A stretch of DNA of 64,000 nt, from assembly GCF_036321535.1 (NCBI RefSeq), contig NC_087436.1, positions 102,178,001-102,242,000 of the forward strand, given 5' to 3'. The position numbers and the translations under genes are program-made. This DNA is from Camelus dromedarius. Taxonomy: Eukaryota. Positions within the stretch are counted from its first letter, which is position 1; each line of letters opens with the position of its first letter. A model generated the notes under the pieces. It made no database searches, was not told the origin of the DNA, and was given only the letters and a program-made list of their open reading frames with translations. Shown one piece after another: positions 12,373 through 22,386 of the stretch.

Positions 12373-14619
12373 GGGAAAACCATATTTTAAATATAGAATT
12401 AAGTTTCAGTACTAGAATATAATTTTCACTACTATAATTTGAAGTAATAAGTTAATTAAATTTAAATTTTTGAGTATATAGGTTATAACTGGGAAAATGA
12501 AATTAGCAACAATTTAGCAAATTAGCAATTTTTTAACAGTAATAAATAATTTTCTTCAAAACAATAAACTTCAGGAGCATAGAACCTTCAGAGACCTTAG
12601 CTATACTTGCTCAGGTTTTCAACAATTTCATGCAGGTAACTTTAAAAATAAAACATCAATATGAAATTCAGTTGCAGAACATAAAGCATGTTGCCAAGCA
12701 ACTAATGGAAATCTATTATCCACTTTGTAGATTTGAGAAATCACAGTTGTGTTTGAATTTAGAAAAGTTTACAGAAAAATGTATGTATATGTATGTTCTT
12801 TATAATGTCCAGAATTTTAGAAATGTGAAATGCTAAATTTGGTCTTTTGCCATGTTCAGAAAATAAAAATAAGATAAATACATACCTTTTAATATGTGAA
12901 TTTGCAAATTATCAATAATTTACAGAAAATGAGATACCTAAGTGCATTATAAATTTTATTAACCTTATTCTATTTAGACGTTGGAGTTATAAGCTATCTT
13001 ACTCTGCCATAGCAGATAATTTTATTTTTAAATTTGATGTTCAATTTATTAAAAGTTTTAATTAGCTACATGTGAAATATTGTGACTTTTGACCATATCA
13101 CTATTTCACTTGTTCTTAATTTTTGTGATAAGATACTGGATATGAAACTGTCATTTGAAATGAACAGCTAAACTGTCATGGTGTAAAATTTCTGTTTATC
13201 ACTTTTAATATAACATAGTGCTTAAATCAAAAAGTATTTTTCATTGTAAATTTATTTTATTATGTTGGCAACTAGGATCAAGGATATAATGTTTTGTCTT
13301 TAAACAGTTTATTTGAAAAATCAAAATTTATGTAGGTAATTGAGTTCTTATGATTTGGGAACATTTTTGTAATTATATCTTTTTTCAAATATTAAACATT
13401 TAAAAATCTATCTTAAAACTTGTAGTTTTCTATTTCTACTTCTTCCTAATTTGTTTAAAAAAGCTTTATCTTGGATATTTATTAATTAATGATAAAAAGG
13501 GTATTTTATTGCTTTTATGTTTGATATTTTACATAGTAATAAAAATCAACAAGGATTAAGAAAGGTAAAGTTAATTCTGATCTCTCTCTCAATGGAATAT
13601 TAACATCTATCTTTGGAAATATATGTTATTACATATTGATGCATAATGAAGATATTAGAGAAATATTAAAGAAAATAATCATATTTGATCAATTGTATAA
13701 TATAAATATAATCAAATGATGTATCAAAATGTCCTAAAGTAAACAATCATGGCTATATATATACTTGAAAAACAGAATTCTATAGTTGCATGATAAGAGA
13801 TTCTGAGAGAGTTGTGATTATAACCAAAGAAACAAGAAAAATCATCCCCTTCTGTGGCTCTCACTTAGGACTGAGACTTTGCCAGAGCAACCCAGTAGCT
13901 GAATCCTCCTATCTCATTTGTGAGAGCTAGATTCAGTGGTGATTCATGAATCATTCAACATCAGTGGGCTGTCATTAACAGTACGGTTTAGATAGAAAGG
14001 CTCTCAGGAAGTAAAACGTAATACCTACTACAGTGCACATTCAAAAAATACACACACACAACAAAAGTGCAACTTCTAGTCTTCCTTTATTTAACTATAT
14101 TTTATGTCCATATGCTAGATTTTTGTCTCATTCATTCATTTAGAAATTCTGAGTTTTAGTTCATGGCATATAGTTTATTCAGTTGATACTGAATTAATAA
14201 TTAAGTAATAGAGGGAAATGTGATGTTTGAAAGATGAAGTAAGTAGTGTGTTTGAAGCTGCTAGATAGGGAGGCTGAGCTGCTATCCTGTTAATCAAGAT
14301 ACAGTGGAGGTGGAGAAACAGGCCATTTCCTTAAGGAATGGGCAGGCAGTGTATTTGCATTTTGCTTCCTAAACCAACTCTAGATAGTCATAGGGACAAC
14401 TTTCCCCTTGATATAGGGGAAAGGTAGGTAAATTTAGACAGAGAGGGGAAAACAGTTGGAGATATTTGTGGCTAATAGTATCTACTTTGTAAATTAAGAG
14501 ATCATATCATGCATTATATATATAATTGTATATTATAATATATATAATATTATATATTAAAGAGTTCATCTTTTTTCCTCAGTTCTTACTATATGACATT
14601 TTCTTAGTAATGATTGCAC

Positions 14620-14790
14620 TTAATTTTCAGTAACTACAAGGTAGTTAACATTAGGAATACTCATTTCACACATGAGAAAGCCAAATCACAGATACCTTAA
14701 GTAAGCTGGCCAAGATCACTCAATTTGTAAGTGACAAAAACAATAGTTTTATTTCAGAGTCCGTACTTTTAACTGCATGGTACTAAGTTA
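14620..14790 (-). mobile_element. MIR SINE
   Basis: 'ctcatttcacacatgagaaagccaaatcacagataccttaagtaagctggccaagatcactcaatttgtaagtgac'. Confidence 0.7.
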
Positions 14791-15291
14791 CGTCAATTGA
14801 ATAGAACAGGTTGGTCCAAATGCTTCATGACATAGAAGATGAAGCCAATGCAGGCACAAGCACAATAGATTTGAAACAACATTGTAAAGTTCCTTAAGAG
14901 TGGAAATTTAACAATTAATTTGTAATGATAAAATTTTGGATCTAGATTCAAAAGCGTGTATATACAGAAACTATCTCACTCTTCTCAACCACAAAAAATG
15001 ATGGATGAATATTTTCAAATCTTTAAAATTCACATTCATAATTCATAGAAGAGGAAATCTGATCATTATTCAGTGGTATTAGAAATCAACAGTGAAGAAA
15101 ATAGCAGGTCCCTGCTCCACCACCATAATCCTGTGCTTACGCTTCTATTTGGCACAATTACTTGATTATCACAAATAGATCATATAAACTCCAAAGTAGA
15201 ATCCAAAAAATGAATCATTCAAGATTGATAACGTAGTTATAGGAGAATGACAAGGGGCAAAACATCAAGGCTACTGATAAGACCCATGTGA

Positions 15292-15761
15292 TGTATATAT
15301 TTCCTTTTGCTGCTATAACAAATTACTGCAAACTTTGTGGTTTAAAACAATACAAATATATTACAGCTCTGGAGATCAACAGTCCAAAGGGGTTTTACTA
15401 CCCTAAACTCAAGTGTTGAATGAGCTATATTTCTTCTTGGAGGCTTTAGGAGGAATTCCTTTTTATTGCCTTTTCTAGCTTCTAGAAGTTCTATGCATTT
15501 CTTGGCTTATGGACCCCTTCCACCTTCAACGTCAGCAATGACTGAGTAGTTCTCTCATCACATCATTCTTACACTGACTCTTCTTCTGCTTTCTTCTTTT
15601 ACATTAATGGACTCTGGTGATTATAGGATAATTGCCCCAGCTAAAGGTTATCTGATTAGCAATCTTAATTTGATTTGCAATCTTAATTCCCCCTTGCCAT
15701 GTAACCTAACACATTTATAGGATGTGCACTCTTTAGTGGAACCATTATTTTGCCCACCACA
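15292..15761 (-). mobile_element. MaLR solo LTR, MLT1D-like
   Basis: TG...CA termini and internal 'ctgattagcaatcttaatttgatttgcaatcttaattcccccttgccatgtaacctaacac'. The 5-bp flanks TGTGA / AGTGA match at 4/5, consistent with a TSD. Confidence 0.85.
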
Positions 15762-16449
15762 AGTGATGAACTGTTACTCTTCTGTTATCTTCCTTTGATG
15801 GCCAAGACTATTAATGCTTAAAACAGCCAGAGAGAAAATAAAATTATCATATGTGATCACTCCAGTGTAGAACAGTTTGGACTATTCATGAGCCAACTTC
15901 TTTGTCAACACTCTGAGCTAATTAGTTGGTTACTATAACAGATCCCAAACAGTAATAAAATTATAGCCACAATATAATAATGACATTAAATTATATCTTT
16001 GAGTTTATTTAAGCTCACCCTATTTGTATATGGTTGAAACCTAATATTCAATGTGAACTACATCTATTTTACTTTATAATTTTCATAAAATCAAGTGAAA
16101 GGGGATAAAAATCACTCAAAGTCTATTTCTTCTGTTGGGTTATCTTAACATTTCTCTAAAAGTCCCATCAATTTATCGTATTAGAAACCATTCTGTATCT
16201 GGAAAACATGTATAGTTTTTTTTCACAATTATAAACCATCAACTATGTATTAAAAGTATACATGTATATTATATTAACTGTACACAATCAGAGAATTTCA
16301 GAATTTTGGTTTTTGAAAGAGAAATAATGGAGTAACTAAGCCAAAACTAATTTAGAGAAAAAAGATGTCCATATTAAGCTAAATTAAAACACTGTGCCTC
16401 ACTTTCTGAGCCTATATCACACAGTGTACTTACTTTACCTTAAAAATAA

Positions 16450-16533
16450 TAAACAACAGTGTCCTACTGTATAACACATGGGACTATATCCAATACCCTG
16501 TAATAGCTTATAGTAAAAAGAATGTGAAAAGTT

Positions 16534-16574
<41 letters not shown>

Positions 16575-16628
16575 ATAAAACTGAACCACTATGCTGTACA
16601 CCAGAAATTAACACGTTGTAAGTCAGCT
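16450..16628 (+). mobile_element. Short cetartiodactyl-type L1 3'UTR fragment with internal (TA)n(TG)n microsatellite
   Basis: 'gtcctactgtataacacatgggactatatccaataccctgtaatagc...actgaaccactatgctgtacaccagaaattaacac'. Confidence 0.75.
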
Positions 16629-16819
16629 TTGAGGATCAAGACATTTAAGCAGAATATTCTTTAAAGTTGGTTCTTGACAACAACCTCTAAATTTTTTGTA
16701 GTTTAGGTAATTAACTAAAAACTGAATCTTTTCTTTCATGGAAAAAAATACAATAAAAGATTTTAGGATTAATATGACACAGATTCCTTGTGCCTTCATG
16801 TGAGAGAATAAGAAGGAGC

Positions 16820-17052
16820 ATGTGCTGAGCAAATACATGTATTACAGGTCCTTTATATATATTATTTCATTTAATTTCCACACTAAAAATGGAATATGTT
16901 TTGTCATCCTCATTTACACAATAATGAATTGAAGACAAATTTGAAGTAGTGTACTTTCACATAATCACACAATTAATTCAAAAACCATATAGGAAATTTT
17001 ATTACAGGTGTCTGAATCCAAAATATCTGTTCTTAATTTTGTACCATTCTTC
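16820..17052 (-). mobile_element. MIR SINE
   Basis: 'tatattatttcatttaatttccacac...catcctcatttacacaataatgaattgaagac...ggtgtctgaatccaaaa'. Confidence 0.6.
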
Positions 17053-17159
17053 CAAATTTCACATAGTTAAATGCATCGTCCAGGAATATTAAGTTTATAA
17101 ATAAGGAGAAAAAACACATAAATAACGTTTCTGATGACACCTCTAAGAAAGATATGCAT

Positions 17160-17800
17160 AGGTAGCAAGCATTCAGAAGCAACATAAACACAAAGATAAT
17201 CCCCAAGCAGAGCTCTTCATATTGTCCTCTGTGTTACAAAAGGCATTATGTTCTTGTCTCTGCTATAGAACAGAGAAAAATTAAGTTAAAACCATTTCAT
17301 ATAACTCATTCTACTGTCTAATTGGCTCATGAGCAGGCCAATTGATGTTAGTTCCTCAAAAATTATTACCACAAGTTGAAATCTTTCCTACTGAATCCTC
17401 CATGCAAGTCTGGACTTGTAATAGATAAAAGGAGAAAGGTTAAAAAAAAAAGGGCAATTCAGGTGTGAAGTTAGCTGATACTCAATATAGGGCTGTATAT
17501 AGAAAATGTTGATTAGCAAAACCAGTGATTTGGTAGATAATAGAATATAAGTATGAGTTCAGGAAACACAAACGTTCTTGGGTGTGACTCCAGTTGTTCA
17601 TTATGGGTGGTAGAAAGACATAATGACTAAATGGGACCTGTGGACTTAAGAAGTGATTGAGAAACATTTTAAAACAACCCATCTTAACTCAATACCATTC
17701 TCTACCAGATTTACTAACTAATGCATCATTTTTTGTTTGCAGCTAAGAATTATCTAACTGGGAAGACAATACATAGAGAAAACCCTCTCTTTCTGCAGAA
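17160..17800 (+). pseudogene. Decayed ORF, copy 1 of a tandem pair; tentatively foamy-virus Bet/Bel2-like fossil
   Basis: The frame from 17162 reads ...HKDNPQAELFILSSVLQKALCSCLCYRTEKN*VKTISYNSFYCLIGS*AGQLMLVPQKLLPQVEIFPTESSMQVWTCNR. After frameshifts it reads LVDNRI, then CDSSCSLWVVERHND*MGPVDLRSD*E. Homology to copy 2 is directly visible; the Bet similarity is from recalled sequences. Confidence 0.45.
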
Positions 17801-18369
17801 CAATTCAATTATTTAGACAATGACCATAAGGTAAAAAATACCATCCACTGAATACAAATGAATGATGAGTGCGGGTAGCTGTATTCTCATTATTGGCCCA
17901 ACATCACTTAGATATTTCACTTGGTGTTAATATCTCTAAGGATCTAAGGGAACTTGCAGTTGATAATAACAGAACACACTGAGGAAGTAGTAGATGTCAG
18001 CAAAGTTATTGTCCCAGAACTGACTGTCTGAACTACATGGCGAGAACTTAATATAACTGAAATAAACAGGACTTACCGATACCTCCTGACTTAAAACTCC
18101 TTGACATTGTAAAATCTGTGCAAAAAAACAAACTGATGAATTAGTGAGTTGTCCTCAGATTTCAGGAGCTTAACAAAAACTTACAGGGCAGTTCTTGTTA
18201 TTCTCACTGATCAGAGAAGACTTAAAGAAGGGTGAAAACTTTGTGAATCCCCACCATCACACAGACTCAGACATTGTGTTAAGTTCTTAGGAAGCAGCAA
18301 GAGTTACAGAGGTCTTACAGTCACACATATTTGAAGAGATCTGAACTGAAAGCAGAAAAAAATGACTTG

Positions 18370-19076
18370 GATATTCTTTCTTTTCCTCTTTGTCCAAACG
18401 TCACACTTAATGCCAAGAGAGTTAAGTTTAAATATTCCTTTGTTTCATAGTGGAGCTATCTAACATTAGAGAGTGGGGATATGAAGGCATTTTAGATTTT
18501 TGCTTGGGCTTGATTTAGGCTCCTGGAATTAGATTATAGGCAACAAAAAGGTGAAAACATTCATGTTTTCCCTTGCTGCCCTAGAAGATTTTGATAATTT
18601 AGTTTCTAATGTATAGATGCCAGAAAGGAAGATTTAAGATAAATCACATTTTTTATTGGCTTCTGGAAGGCACAAGTCTCATAGGTCTTCTGAATTTTGT
18701 AGCATGTATCTGTTACTTGGTAAGTAATAGAATGGCAATGTGACTCTAGGGACCCCAGAGAAGGCAAAGATTTTTTGTGTGGGACTCCAGCTGCTCATTA
18801 TAGATTGTACAAAAACATAGTAGCAAGATGGGACCTTTGGAACTGAGACCTGGTTGAGAAAATATTTTAGTACAGGCAAAGGATCTTTTATAAAATCTCC
18901 ATAAATTATATTTCCGACTCTGAGTCAGGTTTGAGACAGAGCAAAACCTCACCTATGAGTAGGCTGGCAGACTTATGAGGTCAATTAAACTATGCTAAGA
19001 TTTTTCTTAGGCAGAACATTCTTCTCCACTGTACCCCAAGGTCCCAAAGGGGAATGGTTGTAAGATCAAGTGCTAG
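18370..19076 (+). pseudogene. Decayed ORF, copy 2 of a tandem pair; tentatively foamy-virus Bet/Bel2-like fossil
   Basis: One frame with scattered stops reads ...GLI*APGIRL*ATKR*KHSCFPLLP*KILII*FLMYRCQK...CYLVSNRMAM*L*GPQRRQRFFVWDSSCSL*IVQKHSSKMGPLELRPG*ENILVQAKDLL*NLHKLYFRL*VRFETEQNLTYE*AGRLMRSIKLC*DFS*AEHSSPLYPKVPK. Confidence 0.45.
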
Positions 19077-19129
19077 CATTGCTAGTAAGGTAGTGAAATA
19101 AAGATGTTATCAGAAAAATGTTTTTGTAC

Positions 19130-19310
19130 GGAAATTTAAATACTTGATAGCTATGTGTCCTTAGTCAATTTACTAAATTTCTCTAAGGCTCAATTCTCTC
19201 ATCCAGAGAATAGAAAAAATACATTTTTCTTATAACATTTTTTAAAGAGTTAAAACAAATAGCTCCATAAAGCAACTGTTTTTAAGTACCTACACAATAC
19301 ATATTTATTC
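19130..19310 (+). mobile_element. MIR SINE
   Basis: 'tacttgatagctatgtgtccttagtcaatttactaaatttctctaaggctcaattctctcatccagagaatag'. Confidence 0.7.
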
Positions 19311-19879
19311 CATCTTCTTTCTTCTTTTTTAGAAAAAACTGATTAGAGTAAGACATTAAGGTAGGACTCAAGGATCTCACAATGTAGAAAAAGTCATTCA
19401 TGAATAGATAGGAAAGCTTCAGGATAAACGAATTAAAAAAAGAAAAAAGAGGAGAAGGAGGAGAAAAAAATGAAGGAAGAGGAGGTGATGGATCGGGTAA
19501 AGCCGAAGGGCTGCTTTACAGTAGACTAGTCATATTCACCTATTACATAAGGAGTATTTGGCAGAATAATTGGAAACCAGCCTGGGATGAAAGTCTGGGG
19601 CCTAATGTAAAATGTCTTCATGGTAAATACATAGGCCAAAAATATCTTTTAAAATCTGACTGCATGCTGTGAACAGGAAGCAAAATAATAGTGTTATTTC
19701 CTTTTCCACAAGCTTTAGAAGATTCTTTGGGTTTCCCCTATTAGGCAAGAAGAATAGGCCTAATGTAATTTTGGTAAATGAATAAACATATGCTAGTAGA
19801 AAGATATTTTCTGTCAAATAAAAGTTATTTGAACCTTGAAAAGATGGTATCTTATTTAATTAGCTCTATGATCATCAGC

Positions 19880-20088
19880 CGTCCCAGAAGTAGTAGAAGC
19901 CCAACTCAAATACCTACATATGCTATTTAACTTACATTTAAATTAATTAACTTTAAAAATCAATTCCTAGGTTACACTGGCCATGTTTCTAGTGTTCAAC
20001 AGCCACATGTGCCTAGTGTTTACTGTATTTGAAAATTTTTAATATATAACATTTCCTTCCTCAGAGAAAAAGCTATTGGATAGGGCTG
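19880..20088. mobile_element. MER3/MER33-like hAT-Charlie MITE
   Basis: 'tgttcaacagccacatgtgcctagtgtttactgtattt...aacatttccttcctcagagaaaaagctattggatagggctg'. Confidence 0.7.
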
Positions 20089-21244
20089 GATTTCGTATAG
20101 CTAACCTTATAAATGTAGGTGCATTCCATTATTCCCCTAGGATTTCCATTATTCATTTATTTGTTCACTCATCTGTAGTGTGACCAACCTGTGTCAATTC
20201 TCCCTAGACTTTCCCTGTTCTAGCAGGGAAATGACATAAGTCTCCCCAGCCCTCATAGAGATTTACACTGGGGAACCGGCAGTGTTTAATTCATGAATAT
20301 GTCCCTGTTTACCTTCATGTTGGTTTACTCCACGGTACTAAGAGTCTACACTGACTTCCTCCCTTGAACCTTGATCTTCCATCTTGTTTGCTGCTGCCTC
20401 ATTTCTCTGTTGTTCTATGAGAAATACAGCTTTTCTCCAAAGACAAGATTTGCCTGAGATGTAATATCATCTTCAGCCTCTTTCTCATGGGGCTTTAAAA
20501 TTTTTGTATACATTGCATATAATGATACATTAGTCTTCTCATGAATAAGGTAATATTTTTAGATTTGACCATTTCTTGGTGTGTACCTGGAATATTTCAT
20601 GCTGATATGCAGCTTGAATGATCATTCTTGTGCAAAAGATTGCCTGAGTGATGCCAAAGTGCTTTATTCCCATGGAAATTAAGACTTCAGAATTTCCATT
20701 TGGCATTTTCTCTGCAGAAATTTTTTTTCAATCTTTCTTGTGTCAACTCAATCTTGTGTCCCATTTTGATGTGACAGGGGCAAAGTGTTCTGTCACTGTA
20801 CCAGTTAAATGGTCAATTTCACAGTGATTCTATTTGTTCCACTTTGGCCACAGGTAAGAGTTTTCTTTATAACACCAATAACATATAAGGTATTCAACCC
20901 CTCATAACCTATATTTTTGGAGAGGAAGGAGATTTTGAGGTGTCCTAAACCACCAGAAAGTGAACTGCATATTGGAATACAGTGGGTAATGGCTGAACAG
21001 AATATGGGAATATAGTTTGATCATCAATAGTAGGAGCTTTTATCATTTAGAGAGAACTAATTTGCAGGAAAATAAAGTAGAACTACATGTGAAATGGCTT
21101 AATAGGATAATATTTCATTTACTCCCTTGGAAAGCTCTAGGTCTATACAAGTTTAGGTGGGGCTAGAGTTTATCATCAACTCATTTAGGAAAATGAATAT
21201 TGAGGTTCTTCCATCTTCAATTATCTTCCAAGGCACCATGGTTG

Positions 21245-21790
21245 CTCTGGCTACCCATCACTGTATAAAACATTATCCTAAAACTTAGGGGATGAAAAAA
21301 AAAACAAAAAAAAAACATATTCACAATTTACCAATAACCTCTAGATTCATCTGGTAGATTCTTCTGCTGTCATCTGAGCTCACTCAGGTGACTGCCATCA
21401 ACTGGAGTCTCAATTTGGTCTTGATTCATATGCCTAGTAGCTCAGATGGAATAGCTGGTGTAGTTCAAGGCTGGCCATAAATCCATGATGGCTGAATTCA
21501 TATGTATGACAGTTCAGATGGGATTGCTGGAAGAGTTGAAGGCTAGCCAGAAATTTTTCTTTATCCACATTGTCTCTCTAATAAGACAGATGAAACTCGC
21601 TTCATGGAGGGATAGGATTCCAAGAGGGTAAATATTGAAGTTATCAGGACTCCTAGAGTTAGGCCTTGAAATCAGACACACCACAGCAACTGTATTTTAT
21701 TTGCCCATGGAACTCACATGGCCAACAGAGATTCTCTTACTGATGGAAAGAGTGGCAAAGAATTTGTGACCAGATATAATACCCAAAAGC
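21245..21790 (-). mobile_element. MLT1H/G-like LTR nested in the older MaLR
   Basis: 'catcactgtataaaacattatcctaaaacttaggg' ... 'tgatggaaagagtggcaaagaatttgtgacc'. Confidence 0.65.
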
Positions 21791-21914
21791 AATTGTGTCT
21801 TTCCAGCTAATTGAAGGGAGAATGACCATGGAAAGAACATAAGAGGTTAAGAGGTTTTAATGAGAAGGTCTGAAAGTAGCACACATTATTCCTAGTCATT
21901 TTCTTTGGCCACAG

Positions 21915-22386
21915 ATTCTTCCCATTGCTGTCTACATGTCCCCTTTGCAATGGGGATTAGCAGCTTCTTCCATAATGAGGTCAATTATATTTCTATGAAT
22001 CCTAAATTTGGATTTGTCTATTGGATTTTATTTATTTTTTTGAGCAAGGGACACAAGGAGAAACCTGAAAAAATGATTTAGCTTTGGGGTTTACCTTCTC
22101 TTGCTGCCCTTGGAAGATTGTGCTTCCATTGCTATCTGAAGTCTCAGATAATCTGTTGGATGCTAAGAGACAGATGGCTCAGAACTTCCCATTACCCTAG
22201 ATGACAGCTAAACAGCTTCCAGAAGGAGATCCATAGATGAATGAGTGAACCAAGCAAAATCAAGAAAACTTCACAGTTGAGTCTTGTCAAAATTGTTGAT
22301 TTATAGAAACATGAGCTAAAAAAATGGTTGTTTTAAGACACTAAATTTGGCAATGGTTTGTTGTTTAACAAAAGTTAACCAATACA
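21915..22386 (+). mobile_element. MLT1G/F-like LTR nested in the older MaLR
   Basis: Ends 'aaatggttgttttaagacactaaatttggcaatggtttgttgtttaacaaaagttaaccaataca'. Confidence 0.7.

Noticed and set aside
17482..18879. Similar minus-strand ORFs 17482..17682 and 18679..18879 as the real product of the duplication
   Set aside because: Their similarity just mirrors the DNA duplication. The synonymous and conservative substitution pattern and the longer homology are in a + strand frame.
17520..18900. Bornavirus N or G, or retroviral integrase ('VVERHN'), as the source of the duplicated ORF
   Set aside because: Only isolated short matches, mostly in the less conserved frames. There is no collinear series of motifs and no integrase DDE context.
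20790..20858. Strong donor CAG|GTAAGA near 20852
   Set aside because: No convincing acceptor or reading frame; such sites occur by chance.
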